Origin: Alphaproteobacteria bacterium
GTDB lineage: Bacteria > Pseudomonadota > Alphaproteobacteria > Bin95
DNA length: 64,000 nucleotides
Reading direction: 5' to 3'
Assembly (NCBI GenBank): GCA_963665325.3
Contig: CAXXWS020000004.1
Coordinates: forward strand, 32,001-96,000
Part shown: piece by piece, positions 49,312 to 60,628 of the stretch
Layout of the letters: every line of letters starts with the position of its first letter
Numbering within the stretch: position 1 is the stretch's first letter
Made by a program: the position numbers and the translations under genes
The notes under the pieces: model-generated
Told to the model about the DNA's origin: nothing
Databases searched by the model: none
The model's input: the letters and a program-made list of their open reading frames with translations, nothing else

Positions 49312-50421
49312 CTATGCCTGAGGTTTCGCGGTCGTTACTGCAAGGCCCTCGCGGGCTCCCGGCAATGTGCCGACAACGATCCCGTCTCCCGCGTCGAAGG
49401 CCTCCACCACCCATCCGCCGTCGATCCGGCCGAGCATCCGCGGTTCGACCGAGGTCAGCGCGCCGTCCCTGACGATCCAGACTCGGTCGTTTGCCTGTGC
49501 GGCCGCTTCCGGCAACACATAGACGTCCCGATGCACCGGGCCCTCGATGGAAACCTCGGCAAAGGTGCGGGGCAGCGGCCGGCCCTCGACGGGCACCTCG
49601 TCGGAGAAATTCAGGAAGAGCGACGCGAGGCGGCTCTTGGGCGCCACGACCGACGAAACCGCCGCGACCTTCCCCCGGTAAACCCCCGTCCTGGTGCGGA
49701 TCAGGGCCGACCGTCCGACGACCGGCGAGAGGTGTCTGAGATCCTGTTGTTCGATGGGAGCCGTCACGCGGATCGACTCGGGCCGATAAACAACTCCCAG
49801 CGCCGCCGCCTTGCCAACCGTTTCCGCGGGGCCGGCGAGCTCGCCGACTTCGACGCTCGAAGAGACCACACGGGCATCGAAGGGGAGGGAAATCTCCGTT
49901 TTGCGAAGTTGCAGTTCCGCAAGCCGAAGCGCCACGCGCGCCTTCTCCAGCTTCAGAACCGTTCCCGCAGTGTCTTCGTTCCGGGCCTCCTTCTCGCTTA
50001 TTTCATGCTCGAGTCCCGCGACCTCCAACCCGGCCTCTTCGACCTTGAGCTCGTACTCCTCGGGATCGATCCTGATAAAGACTTCATCGGCGTCTATCGA
50101 ACCGCCGGGCTCGAATTTCGGCGAGACCCAGACGACGCGGCCCACAACCTCGGACATCACCGTCGCCCGTTCCTTCAGCTTTACCGATCCGGTCAGGCTC
50201 AGTGTCAACGCCTGCTCGGTTGGCTCCGGCCGAATAACGCGGACGACCGGCCTTCTTTCCTCCGTCGCCAGCGCCGACCTGTCGATACGCTCAACCCGTT
50301 CCGGCGCCCGTGCGAAATAGAGCGCAACGGCGATCGCGCCGAGAATGACGGCGAGCTGCAGATAACCGTACCATTTTGGCTTGTCGGCGTGCCCGTCGGG
50401 GCCTGCTGTGTCCTGCGGCAT
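49312..50421 (-). CDS. RND periplasmic adaptor (MFP)
   Basis: N-terminal TM, lipoyl-hairpin pattern, ISLPFDARV. Confidence 0.85.
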   Translation of the reverse strand: MPQDTAGPDGHADKPKWYGYLQLAVILGAIAVALYFARAPERVERIDRSALATEERRPVVRVIRPEPTEQALTLSLTGSVKLKERATVMSEVVGRVVWVSPKFEPGGSIDADEVFIRIDPEEYELKVEEAGLEVAGLEHEISEKEARNEDTAGTVLKLEKARVALRLAELQLRKTEISLPFDARVVSSSVEVGELAGPAETVGKAAALGVVYRPESIRVTAPIEQQDLRHLSPVVGRSALIRTRTGVYRGKVAAVSSVVAPKSRLASLFLNFSDEVPVEGRPLPRTFAEVSIEGPVHRDVYVLPEAAAQANDRVWIVRDGALTSVEPRMLGRIDGGWVVEAFDAGDGIVVGTLPGAREGLAVTTAKPQA

Positions 50422-50585
50422 GGTCCTCTCCGGCCTCTAAACGCACCGCGTTCAGATTATCGGAAACTCCGCTCTTTCGGAATCTCCGACATGCCGCCCG
50501 GAGGCGAAATGCATTGCCGCCGGCTATAGACTCGGAACCGGCGGTCCGATGGACGGGGCCCAGCGGAGCGGCGCGGCCGCCGGAA

Positions 50586-51515
<930 letters not shown>

Positions 51516-51686
51516 CTCGAATCCGGCCTCCCGGCCGCGCAAAGTTGGCGATCCGCCATCATAACCGGATTGTCCGGAGGCGGGGCGCGGCTTGCCAGAG
51601 AGGCAGACCGTCTCGTTGACTTCCTCCCCGGGCGGTCCCAAGTTGCCGCGCCGACCGTCGGCAGAACGGCGGCAAGAGAGCTGCCC

Positions 51687-52877
51687 ATGACATTCATCGC
51701 GGCGCGGTTTCTGTCCTCGCTGTTCGTTCCCTCGGCCTTCGGTCCGGTAATTCTGGTGCTGTTGGCGGTCTGGCCTGCGGTTGCCGAGGCCCAGCGCCCG
51801 GCACCGGTGCGGGTGGACAAGGTCGTCGTCCAGCCGCTGGCCGAAACGGCGCCGGTGTTCGGCAGGCTCGTTTCCCGGATGCACGGCGCTGTCGCCGCGC
51901 AGACCGTAGGCGCCGTTACCGAGATGCGCGTGCAGATGGGAGACCGGGTGGCCCGCGGCGACGTGCTGGCCGTGCTGGATATCGAGAAACTGACATCGGA
52001 GCGCGACGTGCGGGCCGCCACGAGCGACGCCGTTGCCGCGCGCGCCACCGCCGCCGAGGCCCGGCTTGAGCGTATCGAGCAGGAACTCGCCCGCTACGAG
52101 AAGCTGCGCCGTTCGGCGGCCTTCAACAAGGCGCGCCTCCAGGACAAGGAGCAGGAGCGCGCGTGGCTGCGGTCCGAGCTGGATGCGGCGCGCGCGCAGC
52201 TCGTCCAGGCGAGGGCGAATCTGAGGCTGGCGGAAATGAAGCTCGCCCGGGGCACTGTCCACGCGCCCTATGACGGCGTCGTGACCGCGCTGCACACCGA
52301 AATTGGCTCCTACCTGAAGGAAGGCGGCGTGGTGGCGACGCTGGTGAACGACCGCGACCTGGAGATCGAGGCCGACGTCCCGGCGGCGCGTATTGCCGGT
52401 CTCGCGCCCGGCGCGGAGGTGGCTGTGCGGCTTCCGGACGGCACGAAGCATACGGCCAGGGTGAGGGCGGTGGTGCCGGACGAGAACGCCATGACGCGCA
52501 CCCGCGTGGTGCGCTTCACGCCGGTCTTCGGCGCCACGACGACGCCTTTGGCCGCAAACGCATCCGCGACGGTTGTGCTGCCGGTCGGCGCCACGGCCCC
52601 GGCGCTCACCGTCCACAAGGACGCCGTCGTGCGAAAAGGGCAGCAGGCGCTGGTTTTCGTCGCCAACAACGGCAAGGCGGAACGGCGCGCCGTGCGCCTC
52701 GGCCGCGCCTCCGGACAGAGATTCGAGGTACTGGACGGCCTCGCCGAGGGCGATCTCGCCATCGTGCGCGGCAATGAGCGGCTGCGTCCCGGCCAGCCCG
52801 TCCTCGTGCCGGGCGCCAAGGCCGGAAAGGACGGCAAGGCGGGCAAGGCCGCCGCGCCGAAGGCGAAGACCGGATGA
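51687..52877 (+). CDS. RND periplasmic adaptor (MFP)
   Basis: GDRVARGDVLA, APYDGVV. Confidence 0.88.
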   Translation: MTFIAARFLSSLFVPSAFGPVILVLLAVWPAVAEAQRPAPVRVDKVVVQPLAETAPVFGRLVSRMHGAVAAQTVGAVTEMRVQMGDRVARGDVLAVLDIEKLTSERDVRAATSDAVAARATAAEARLERIEQELARYEKLRRSAAFNKARLQDKEQERAWLRSELDAARAQLVQARANLRLAEMKLARGTVHAPYDGVVTALHTEIGSYLKEGGVVATLVNDRDLEIEADVPAARIAGLAPGAEVAVRLPDGTKHTARVRAVVPDENAMTRTRVVRFTPVFGATTTPLAANASATVVLPVGATAPALTVHKDAVVRKGQQALVFVANNGKAERRAVRLGRASGQRFEVLDGLAEGDLAIVRGNERLRPGQPVLVPGAKAGKDGKAGKAAAPKAKTG

Positions 52878-55800
52878 ACCTCGTCCGCTTCGCCATTGAC
52901 CGGCCCATCGCCGTGATCGCGGCCGTGCTCATGGTCGTGCTGTTCGGCCTGGTCGCGCTGGAGACGATCCCGATCCAGCTGACGCCGGACGTGCGCAAGC
53001 CGGTGATTACCGTCCAGACGCTCTGGCCCGGCGCGGCCCCGGCGGAAGTCGAGCGCGAGGTCGTGAACCGCCAGGAGGAGGTGCTGAAGGGCGTCGAGGG
53101 CCTGGAGGAGGTGGAGAGCCGGTCGGAAAATGGGCGGGCCCGCGTCACGCTCACCTTCGCCATCGGCACCAATATGGACCGCGCGCTGCTGCTGGTCGCA
53201 AACCGGCTCGACCGCGTGACCGGCTATCCCGACGAGGCCGACCGCCCGACATTGCGCACGGCCGGCGCGGAAGACAACGCCATCGCCTGGTTCGTGATCC
53301 AGACCGCAAAAGACAATACGCGCCCGATCCACACCTATGGCGATTTCGTCGAGGAGGTGATCCAGGACCGGCTGGAGCGCGTGGAGGGCGTCTCCCGGAC
53401 CGATTTCTTCGGCGGGGTGAAGCGCGAGCTGCATGTCATCGTGCTGCCGGAGCGGATGGCGCAATTCGGCCTGACCGTCACCGAGATCACGCAGAAGCTC
53501 CGGGCGGCGAACGCCTCGATCTCCGCGGGCGACGTGGAAGAGGGCAAGCGGCGCTATCTCGTCCGCGCCGAGGGCGAGCTGGACACGCCGGAAGCGGTGC
53601 GCGCGGTGGTGCTGCGCACGGAGGCGGACAGCACCACCGGGCGGATCGGGCGCGTGACGGTCGGCGACATTGCCGAAGTGTCCTACGGCTATTCGGAGCC
53701 GCGCGCGCGCATCCGCCGGTTGGGCGCCAACGCCGTCGTGATGAACGCCAAGCGCGAGGCCGGGGCCAACGTCATCGAGACCATGGAGGGCGTGCGCGCG
53801 GCCGTCGCGGAGCTGAACGAATCCCTGCTGCCCGCCGAGGGCCTCGTGATGGAGCAGGTCTATGACGAGACCGACTACATCCTGTCCGCCATCGGCCTCG
53901 TGCGGCAGAACATCGTCGTCGGCGGCGCGCTTGCCGGGATCATGCTGCTGCTGTTCCTCAGGTCCTGGCGGCCGACCCTGATCGTCTCGCTGGCGATTCC
54001 CGTCTCCGTGGTGGGCTCCTTCGTCGCCATGGCCATGCTGGGGCGGTCGCTTAATGTCGTGTCGCTCGCCGGCATCGCGTTTGCCGTGGGAATGGTGGTC
54101 GATGCGGCCATCGTGGTGCTGGAGAACATCTACCGCCTGCGCGAACGCGGCGTGCCGCCGCGCGAGGCCGCGCTGCGCGGCGCCAGCCAGGTTTGGGGCG
54201 CGATCCTGGTCTCGGCGCTGACCACGGTGCTGGTCTTCGTGCCTATCCTGGCGATGGACCTCGAGGTCGGCCAGCTCTTCCGCGACATCGCGGTGGCGAT
54301 CTCGGTATCGGTCATCCTGTCGCTCCTGGTCGCGATCACCGTCATCCCGGCGCTGTCGCGCCGCCTGCTCGCCACGCGAATCTGGACCGGTGGGCGCTTC
54401 GAGCTGCCGGTGATCGACAAGCTGGCGAGCCGCTATGCGCGCGCAACGCTCGCCTATGCCGGCGCGGTGGTGCGGAACCGCAAGGCCGCCCTGCTCTCGG
54501 TCCTGGCGATCACGATGGCTGCTGTGGCGGTCGCCTGGTGGCTGACGCCGAAGCTCGACTACCTGCCCGACGGCAGCCGCAATTTCGTGCTCGGACGGGT
54601 GCTGCCGCCGCCGGGCTACAACCTCAGGACGAACAGCGAGATCGCGCGGGAGATCGAGGATTCGACGCGCGCGCTCTGGGCCAGCGAGACCGGCCCGGAG
54701 TCCGAGCCCGGCGGGCCGCCCAAGATCGCCAATTTCTTCTTCGTGGCGCTGCCGTCCTACACCTTCGTGGGCGCGTCCTCCGTCGATCCCGCAAGGCCGC
54801 ACGAGTTGGTGCCGGTCCTGCAACGAGCCTCGCTACGCGAGCCCGGCACGTTCGGCTTCTTCACCGTGGCGTCCATCTTCGGGCGCGGCATCGGCGGCAA
54901 GCGGTCGATCGACCTCGACATTTCCGGGCCCGACCTGGAAACCGTGATGGCGATCGCCGGCAGGGCGACAGGGATGACCGCGGCGGCGCTGCCGCGCGAT
55001 CAGGGCAACCAGCTTCGCCCGATTCCGGGCCTCGAACTCGGCGCGCCGGAAGTACGTGTGCGGCCCGACCGGCTGAGGCTGGCGGACAACGGCGTGTCGG
55101 CGCGCGAATTCGCCGACACCATCGACGCCTTCAACGACGGGCTCAGGGTTGCGCGGGTGACCATCGACGGCAAGCGCACCAGTCTCGTGCTCAAGGGACC
55201 GACCGACAATGTCTCCTCCACGCAGGGCATCGAGTTCCTGCCGGTGGTGACGCGGAACGGCTACATCCTGCCCGCCTCCTCGCTCGCCAATATCGAGGTG
55301 ACCACCGGGCCGACCGAGATCCGGCACAAGGAGCGGGTGCGCACGGTTACATTGCAGATCCGGCCGCGCGCGCAAATGCCGCTTGAGGAGGCGATGGACC
55401 TGGTCCGCGCCGAGGTCATCGCCCCGATTTCCGCCGGCGGGCTGCCGGACGGGGTGAAGCTCCGCTTGTCCGGCGCTGCCGACCAGTTGACCGTCACCTG
55501 GAACCATATCGTCATCGACCTGCTGATCGCCGTCGCCATCGTCTTCCTGGTGATGGCGGTGCTGTTCGAGAGTTTCATCTATCCGCTGGTCATCATGGTG
55601 TCGGTGCCGCTGGCGACAGCAGGCGGCGTACTCGGCCTTGCGGTGCTGAACCTGTTCGCCTTCCAGCCGCTCGACATGCTCACCTTGCTGGGCTTCATCA
55701 TCCTGGTCGGCATCGTCGTCAACAACGCCATCCTGCTGGTCCACCAGACGCTGTTCCATATCCGCGAAGGCAATATGACGGCCGCCGACGCGATACGGGA

Positions 55801-56053
55801 GGCGACGAAGGACCGTCTGCGCCCGATCTACATGTCCACGCTCACCAGCATTTTCGGCATGGCCCCGCTGGTGGTGTTTCCCGGCGCGGGCTCCGAGCTC
55901 TATCGCGGGCTGGGCTCGGTGGTGCTGGGCGGGCTGTCGCTCTCGGCAGTTCTGACGCTCACCATCATCCCGCCCCTGCTCGGCCTGATCCTCGCGCCTC
56001 TGGAGGAACGGCGGCGCGAGCGCGTGGCTGCGGCGACCGCAGCGGCGGAGTGA
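52874..56053 (+). CDS. RND efflux permease (AcrB family)
   Basis: GMVVDAAIVVLENI, GIVVNNAILL, RLRPIYMST. Confidence 0.93.
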   Translation: MNLVRFAIDRPIAVIAAVLMVVLFGLVALETIPIQLTPDVRKPVITVQTLWPGAAPAEVEREVVNRQEEVLKGVEGLEEVESRSENGRARVTLTFAIGTNMDRALLLVANRLDRVTGYPDEADRPTLRTAGAEDNAIAWFVIQTAKDNTRPIHTYGDFVEEVIQDRLERVEGVSRTDFFGGVKRELHVIVLPERMAQFGLTVTEITQKLRAANASISAGDVEEGKRRYLVRAEGELDTPEAVRAVVLRTEADSTTGRIGRVTVGDIAEVSYGYSEPRARIRRLGANAVVMNAKREAGANVIETMEGVRAAVAELNESLLPAEGLVMEQVYDETDYILSAIGLVRQNIVVGGALAGIMLLLFLRSWRPTLIVSLAIPVSVVGSFVAMAMLGRSLNVVSLAGIAFAVGMVVDAAIVVLENIYRLRERGVPPREAALRGASQVWGAILVSALTTVLVFVPILAMDLEVGQLFRDIAVAISVSVILSLLVAITVIPALSRRLLATRIWTGGRFELPVIDKLASRYARATLAYAGAVVRNRKAALLSVLAITMAAVAVAWWLTPKLDYLPDGSRNFVLGRVLPPPGYNLRTNSEIAREIEDSTRALWASETGPESEPGGPPKIANFFFVALPSYTFVGASSVDPARPHELVPVLQRASLREPGTFGFFTVASIFGRGIGGKRSIDLDISGPDLETVMAIAGRATGMTAAALPRDQGNQLRPIPGLELGAPEVRVRPDRLRLADNGVSAREFADTIDAFNDGLRVARVTIDGKRTSLVLKGPTDNVSSTQGIEFLPVVTRNGYILPASSLANIEVTTGPTEIRHKERVRTVTLQIRPRAQMPLEEAMDLVRAEVIAPISAGGLPDGVKLRLSGAADQLTVTWNHIVIDLLIAVAIVFLVMAVLFESFIYPLVIMVSVPLATAGGVLGLAVLNLFAFQPLDMLTLLGFIILVGIVVNNAILLVHQTLFHIREGNMTAADAIREATKDRLRPIYMSTLTSIFGMAPLVVFPGAGSELYRGLGSVVLGGLSLSAVLTLTIIPPLLGLILAPLEERRRERVAAATAAAE

Positions 56054-56119
56054 CCCTGCCGGACCTGCGACCGGCCGTGCTAAGACTCGAATGAAACGAT
56101 TGTCGGAGACACTCCCCGA

Positions 56120-57352
56120 ATGAAGTTCGGCATCTTTTACGAGCACCAATTGCCGCGCCCGTGGGCGGAGGACAGTGAGCAGCGCCTGCTGGAGGAGTCG
56201 CTGGCGCAGATCGAACTCGCGGATGAACTCGGCTACGACTATGCATGGGAAGTCGAGCACCACTTCCTTGAGGAGTATTCCCACTCCTCCGCGCCGGAAG
56301 TGTTCCTCGGCGCCGCCAGCCAGCGCACCCGGAACATCCGCCTCGGCCACGGCGTCATCCAGCTGACGACCAACCATCCGGTTCGCGTCGCGGAGAAGGT
56401 CTCGACCCTCGACCTCCTGTCCGGCGGGCGCGTGGAGCTCGGGCTCGGCGAGGCGCAGGGGCCGGTGGAGCTGCATCCTTTCGGCGTGCAGGTGCGCTCG
56501 AAGCGCGACCGCTGGATCGAGGGCGTCAAGGCAACGATCCCGCTCTTCACCGAGACCGCCTTCGAGTTCAGCGGCGAGTTCTACAGCTACCCGAAACGCA
56601 ATGTCGTGCCGAAGCCGCTCCAGAAGCCGCATCCGCCGCTCTGGGTCGCCTGCTCCAATATCGACACCATCGAGGATGCCGGGCGCTGGGGCATGGGAGC
56701 GCTCGGCTTCCAGTTCGTCTCCCCGGAGGCGGCGAAGGCCTGGGTCAACCGCTACTACCTGAACCTCACCCGCAATCTCGACAGGATCTGCGAGTATCCG
56801 ACCAATCCCAACATCGCCATGGTCTCCGGCTTCATGTGCTGCGAGACCGACGAGGAAGCGATCGAGAAGGCGGCCGGGTGGACCTTCTTCATCTTCTGCC
56901 TCAGCCACTACGGCAAGCACGGCATCTCCGCCCCCGGCGAGACCGACCTCTGGAAGCTCTACCAGGACTGGCGCCACACGGAGAAGGCGCAGCAGGCGCT
57001 GACCGCCGGGCTGATCGGGTCTCCGGAGACCATCCGGAAGAAGCTCCGCGCCTTCGCGGCCGCCAATGTGGACCAGGTAATCCTGCTGAACCAGGCCGGG
57101 CAGAACACGCATGACGACATCTGCGCCTCGCTGGAGCTGTTCGCCCGCGAGGTGATGCCGGAGTTCCACGCGATGGAGGACGCGCATGCGGCCTGGAAGG
57201 CGGGTGTGCTCGCCGGCGACGTCGAGCTTGAGGAGCTCTCGGTCGAAGGCGCCCGGCGCTATGCGCACCAGAACGAGGACATCGTGCGGCTGACGCCCGA
57301 GCAGCTGAAGGCGAAGATGGCGGCCAAGGAAGCGGCCGCCGCCGCCGAATAG
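56120..57352 (+). CDS. LLM class flavin-dependent oxidoreductase
   Basis: VEHHF, LDLLSGGRVELG, PKPLQKPHPP. Confidence 0.92.
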   Translation: MKFGIFYEHQLPRPWAEDSEQRLLEESLAQIELADELGYDYAWEVEHHFLEEYSHSSAPEVFLGAASQRTRNIRLGHGVIQLTTNHPVRVAEKVSTLDLLSGGRVELGLGEAQGPVELHPFGVQVRSKRDRWIEGVKATIPLFTETAFEFSGEFYSYPKRNVVPKPLQKPHPPLWVACSNIDTIEDAGRWGMGALGFQFVSPEAAKAWVNRYYLNLTRNLDRICEYPTNPNIAMVSGFMCCETDEEAIEKAAGWTFFIFCLSHYGKHGISAPGETDLWKLYQDWRHTEKAQQALTAGLIGSPETIRKKLRAFAAANVDQVILLNQAGQNTHDDICASLELFAREVMPEFHAMEDAHAAWKAGVLAGDVELEELSVEGARRYAHQNEDIVRLTPEQLKAKMAAKEAAAAAE

Positions 57353-57365
57353 GAGGAACCGACCG

Positions 57366-58370
57366 ATGCGCGCGCTCGTTCTCGAAGGCCATGGCGGGCA
57401 GGACCAGCTCGCCTTCCGCAGCGACTGGCCGGAGCCGGAGCCGGGGCCCGGCGAGGTCGTCATCCGTGTGGGGGCCTGTTCGCTCAACTATCACGATGTC
57501 TTCACCCGGCGCGGCATGCCGGGCATCAAGGTCCCGATACCGGTCGTGCCCGGCCTCGACATTGCCGGCGAGATCGAGACGCTGGGCGAAGGCGTCGAGG
57601 GCTGGTCCACCGGCGATCGGGTGCTGGTGGACCCGATCTGGCCGGAACGGGGCCTGATGGGCGAAATGCTCGACGGCGGGCTGGCGGAGAAGGCGCTCTG
57701 CTCGGCCGGACAGCTCGTGCCCATGCCGGACGGCGTGAGCTTCGCCCAGGCGGCGTCGCTGCCGGTCGCCTACGGCACGGCGCACCGCATGATGTTCGAG
57801 AACGGCCATGTGAAGGCCGGCGAGACGGTGTTGATCCTCGGGGCGTCGGGCGGCGTCGGCAATGCCTGCGTGCTGCTCGCCAAGGCCGTCGGCGCCCATG
57901 TCATCGGGGCTGCAAGCAGCCAGGAGAAGATCGACCGGCTGCTGGCGCTCGGTGCCGACGAGGGCCTGAACTACGCCGAGACCGCCTTCGAGCGCGAGAT
58001 CTGGAAGCGTTACGGCAAGCCGTTCCGGCGCTCCTATGAAGGCGGCGTCGATGTGGTGGTCAACTTCACCGGCGGCGAGACCTGGGTGCCCTCGATGAAG
58101 GCGCTCAAACGCGGCGGCCGGATGCTCACCTGCGGGGCCACCGCCGGTTTCGATCCCCAGACCGACATCCGCTACATCTGGACCTTCGAGCTCCAGATCC
58201 TCGGCTCCAACAGCTGGACCGTGGAGGGCCTGAAAGAGATGATGGCGGACATCGCCGCCGGGCGTCTCGATCCGCCCATCGACGTGGAACTGCCGCTGGA
58301 GGACGGCGCGGAGGGGGTGCGGATGCTGGAGGACCGAGAGGTCTTCGGCAAGATCGTGGTCGTGCCGTAG
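57366..58370 (+). CDS. MDR/zinc-binding dehydrogenase (quinone reductase-like)
   Basis: LNYHD, GASGGVG, GKIVV. Confidence 0.9.
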   Translation: MRALVLEGHGGQDQLAFRSDWPEPEPGPGEVVIRVGACSLNYHDVFTRRGMPGIKVPIPVVPGLDIAGEIETLGEGVEGWSTGDRVLVDPIWPERGLMGEMLDGGLAEKALCSAGQLVPMPDGVSFAQAASLPVAYGTAHRMMFENGHVKAGETVLILGASGGVGNACVLLAKAVGAHVIGAASSQEKIDRLLALGADEGLNYAETAFEREIWKRYGKPFRRSYEGGVDVVVNFTGGETWVPSMKALKRGGRMLTCGATAGFDPQTDIRYIWTFELQILGSNSWTVEGLKEMMADIAAGRLDPPIDVELPLEDGAEGVRMLEDREVFGKIVVVP

Positions 58371-58376
58371 CGGGGT

Positions 58377-59291
58377 TTATTCCGCCAGTTCGGGCATGTT
58401 GGCGGCGCGGCTGGCGAGGGGAATCTCGGTCATTCGGGCGACATCCCCGGCGGCGGCTACCGCCTCCCCGGTGGTGACGCCGCAGTCGACCTGCATGGCA
58501 TTGAGGAAGCTGACGATATCCTCCGTCGGCAGGTTGCCGACCGACCCGTAATCGCCGGGAAAGGCGATGCCGCCGCCGATACCGCAGATCGACCCCTCGA
58601 CCATCCTCACGCCGGCATCGAGCGCCGCCATCACATTCGCCTGCGCCCAGCCGCGTTTCTCGTGGACGTGGAAACCGAACTCGCAATCCGGGAAACGGTC
58701 CAGCGCCATGCGGAAGAGCGTGTTCACCTGGCGCGGCTCCTCCATGCCCGTGCTCCCGGCGAGATAGAAGCGGCGCACACCCATATTGCGCAAGCGCGCA
58801 ACGCAGTCGAGCGTGCGTTCCGGCGCTATGACGCCCTCATAGGGGCAATAGAGCGACATGCCGAGCGCCATGATGAAGGCCCTGCCGGCTTCGTCGGCGA
58901 CGCGGAAACAGTCTCCGCCCGCCTGGATCGCCTCATCGACCGTCATGTTCTGGTTCTTCGCCATGTAGGTTCCGCTGACCGTCATCAGGCCGAGTATCTC
59001 GTCGATATCGGTCTCGACGCCGCGGATCGCGCCGCGCTTGTTGGGCACCAGCGCGCGATAGACGGTGCCCTCGCGGCGCTTCACCCGGGAGACGACCTCC
59101 TCGGCGTCCGTCAGCATCGGCACATAGCGCGGGCTGGCGAAGCTGGTAATTTCGATGACGGGAAAGCCGGCGTCGGTCAGCCGGTCGATCATCGCAACCT
59201 TCACGTCCGTGTCGATCCAGCGGCCGAGCGACTGCAGGCCGTCGCGCGGGCCCACTTCGACCACCGTCACCCGTTCGGGCAGTGCCAGCAT
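58377..59291 (-). CDS. HMG-CoA lyase family protein
   Basis: EVGPRDGLQ, FHVH, GNLPTED. Confidence 0.88.
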   Translation of the reverse strand: MLALPERVTVVEVGPRDGLQSLGRWIDTDVKVAMIDRLTDAGFPVIEITSFASPRYVPMLTDAEEVVSRVKRREGTVYRALVPNKRGAIRGVETDIDEILGLMTVSGTYMAKNQNMTVDEAIQAGGDCFRVADEAGRAFIMALGMSLYCPYEGVIAPERTLDCVARLRNMGVRRFYLAGSTGMEEPRQVNTLFRMALDRFPDCEFGFHVHEKRGWAQANVMAALDAGVRMVEGSICGIGGGIAFPGDYGSVGNLPTEDIVSFLNAMQVDCGVTTGEAVAAAGDVARMTEIPLASRAANMPELAE

Positions 59292-59327
59292 GTTCTCCCT
59301 CCCCTCGCGCCGGTCCGGGGCGTGCGC

Positions 59328-60527
59328 TCAGTCGAGCGGCAGGCCGGCCGCGCGCAATTCCGCTTCGTCGAAACCCAGCCGTTCCACCAGAACGGCGCGG
59401 TTGCCTGACCCGAGCTTCGGCCCGGCATGGCGAATCCCGCCGGGCGTGCGCGAGAACTTGCCGACCACGTTCTGCATCCGGATCGGGCCGCCGAGCTCCC
59501 CGTCCTCGACCGCCACGATGTTCTCCCGCGCCTGGAAATGCGGGTCCGCGAAAATCTCCGCAATGCTGTTGCAGGGCGCAGCGGCCGCGTCAAACCGGTC
59601 GAAGAGGGCGAGCAGGTCATCCCTGTCGAACCGCAGTATCGCCGCCTGGAGCGCCTCATCGAGCTCCGGCGCGTTCTGGATGCGGAGCCGGTTGTCGAGG
59701 AACCGCTCGTCGTGGACCAGCTCGGGCACTTCCAGCGCCTCGCACATGCGCTCGTAGGTGGATTGCGCGCTGCCGGAGATCGACACCCACTTGTCGTCCT
59801 TCGTCCGGTAGGTGTTGCGCGGCGCGGTAAAGGGCAGCCGGCTGCCGTTGCGCTCCTGGACGATGCCGAGCTGGTCGAAATCCACCACCTGCGGACCGAG
59901 AAGGGTGAACAGCGGCTCGTAGATGGCGAAATCCACGACCTGCCCCCTGCCCGACCGGCGCTTCTCCTGAAGCGCCACCATGGCGAGGAAGGCGCCCATC
60001 AGTCCCGAGCTCTCGTCCGCCAGGCCGAAGCCCGGCAGCAGCGGCGGCCGGTCGGCATAGCCGGTGATGTAGGCATATCCCGAATAGCCCTCGGCGAGCG
60101 TGCCGAAGCCCGGCCGGTGGCTGTTGGGGCCGGTCTGCCCGAAGCCCGTCAGGCGCACCATGATGAGGCCGGGATTGATCTCGCTCAGCACATCGTAGCC
60201 GAGGCCCCAGCGCTCCAGCGTCCCCTTGCGGTAGTTCTCGACCACGATGTCGGCGTCCGCGACGAGGCGCTTGACGATCTCGACGCCGAGCGGCGTGCGC
60301 ATGTCCGCGGTGACCGACTGCTTGTTGCGGTTCACCAGCTTGAACATCAGGCCGACACCGTCCTTGTCGTTGCCCCAGAAGCGCAACTCGTCGCCGGTGT
60401 CCGGACGCTCGACCTTGACGACCTCGGCGCCGAAGTCCGCCAGGAACATCGTGGAAACGGGGCCGGCCAGGAAATTGGAGATATCGACGACCTTGACGCC
60501 GGCGAGCGGCGGAGCGTTGTCAGGCAT
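59328..60527 (-). CDS. CaiB/BaiF family CoA transferase
   Basis: LADFGAEVVKVE, NRNK, ADIVVENY, GFGQTGP. Confidence 0.92.
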   Translation of the reverse strand: MPDNAPPLAGVKVVDISNFLAGPVSTMFLADFGAEVVKVERPDTGDELRFWGNDKDGVGLMFKLVNRNKQSVTADMRTPLGVEIVKRLVADADIVVENYRKGTLERWGLGYDVLSEINPGLIMVRLTGFGQTGPNSHRPGFGTLAEGYSGYAYITGYADRPPLLPGFGLADESSGLMGAFLAMVALQEKRRSGRGQVVDFAIYEPLFTLLGPQVVDFDQLGIVQERNGSRLPFTAPRNTYRTKDDKWVSISGSAQSTYERMCEALEVPELVHDERFLDNRLRIQNAPELDEALQAAILRFDRDDLLALFDRFDAAAAPCNSIAEIFADPHFQARENIVAVEDGELGGPIRMQNVVGKFSRTPGGIRHAGPKLGSGNRAVLVERLGFDEAELRAAGLPLD

Positions 60528-60628
60528 TGCTAGAACCCATTGAGACCGGGGCGCGCGAAACGCCCCTTCGGACCGGGGAACCGTGCCCCGAAACGGCCCG
60601 CCATGCAACCGCCGCGCCCCGCCGTCGG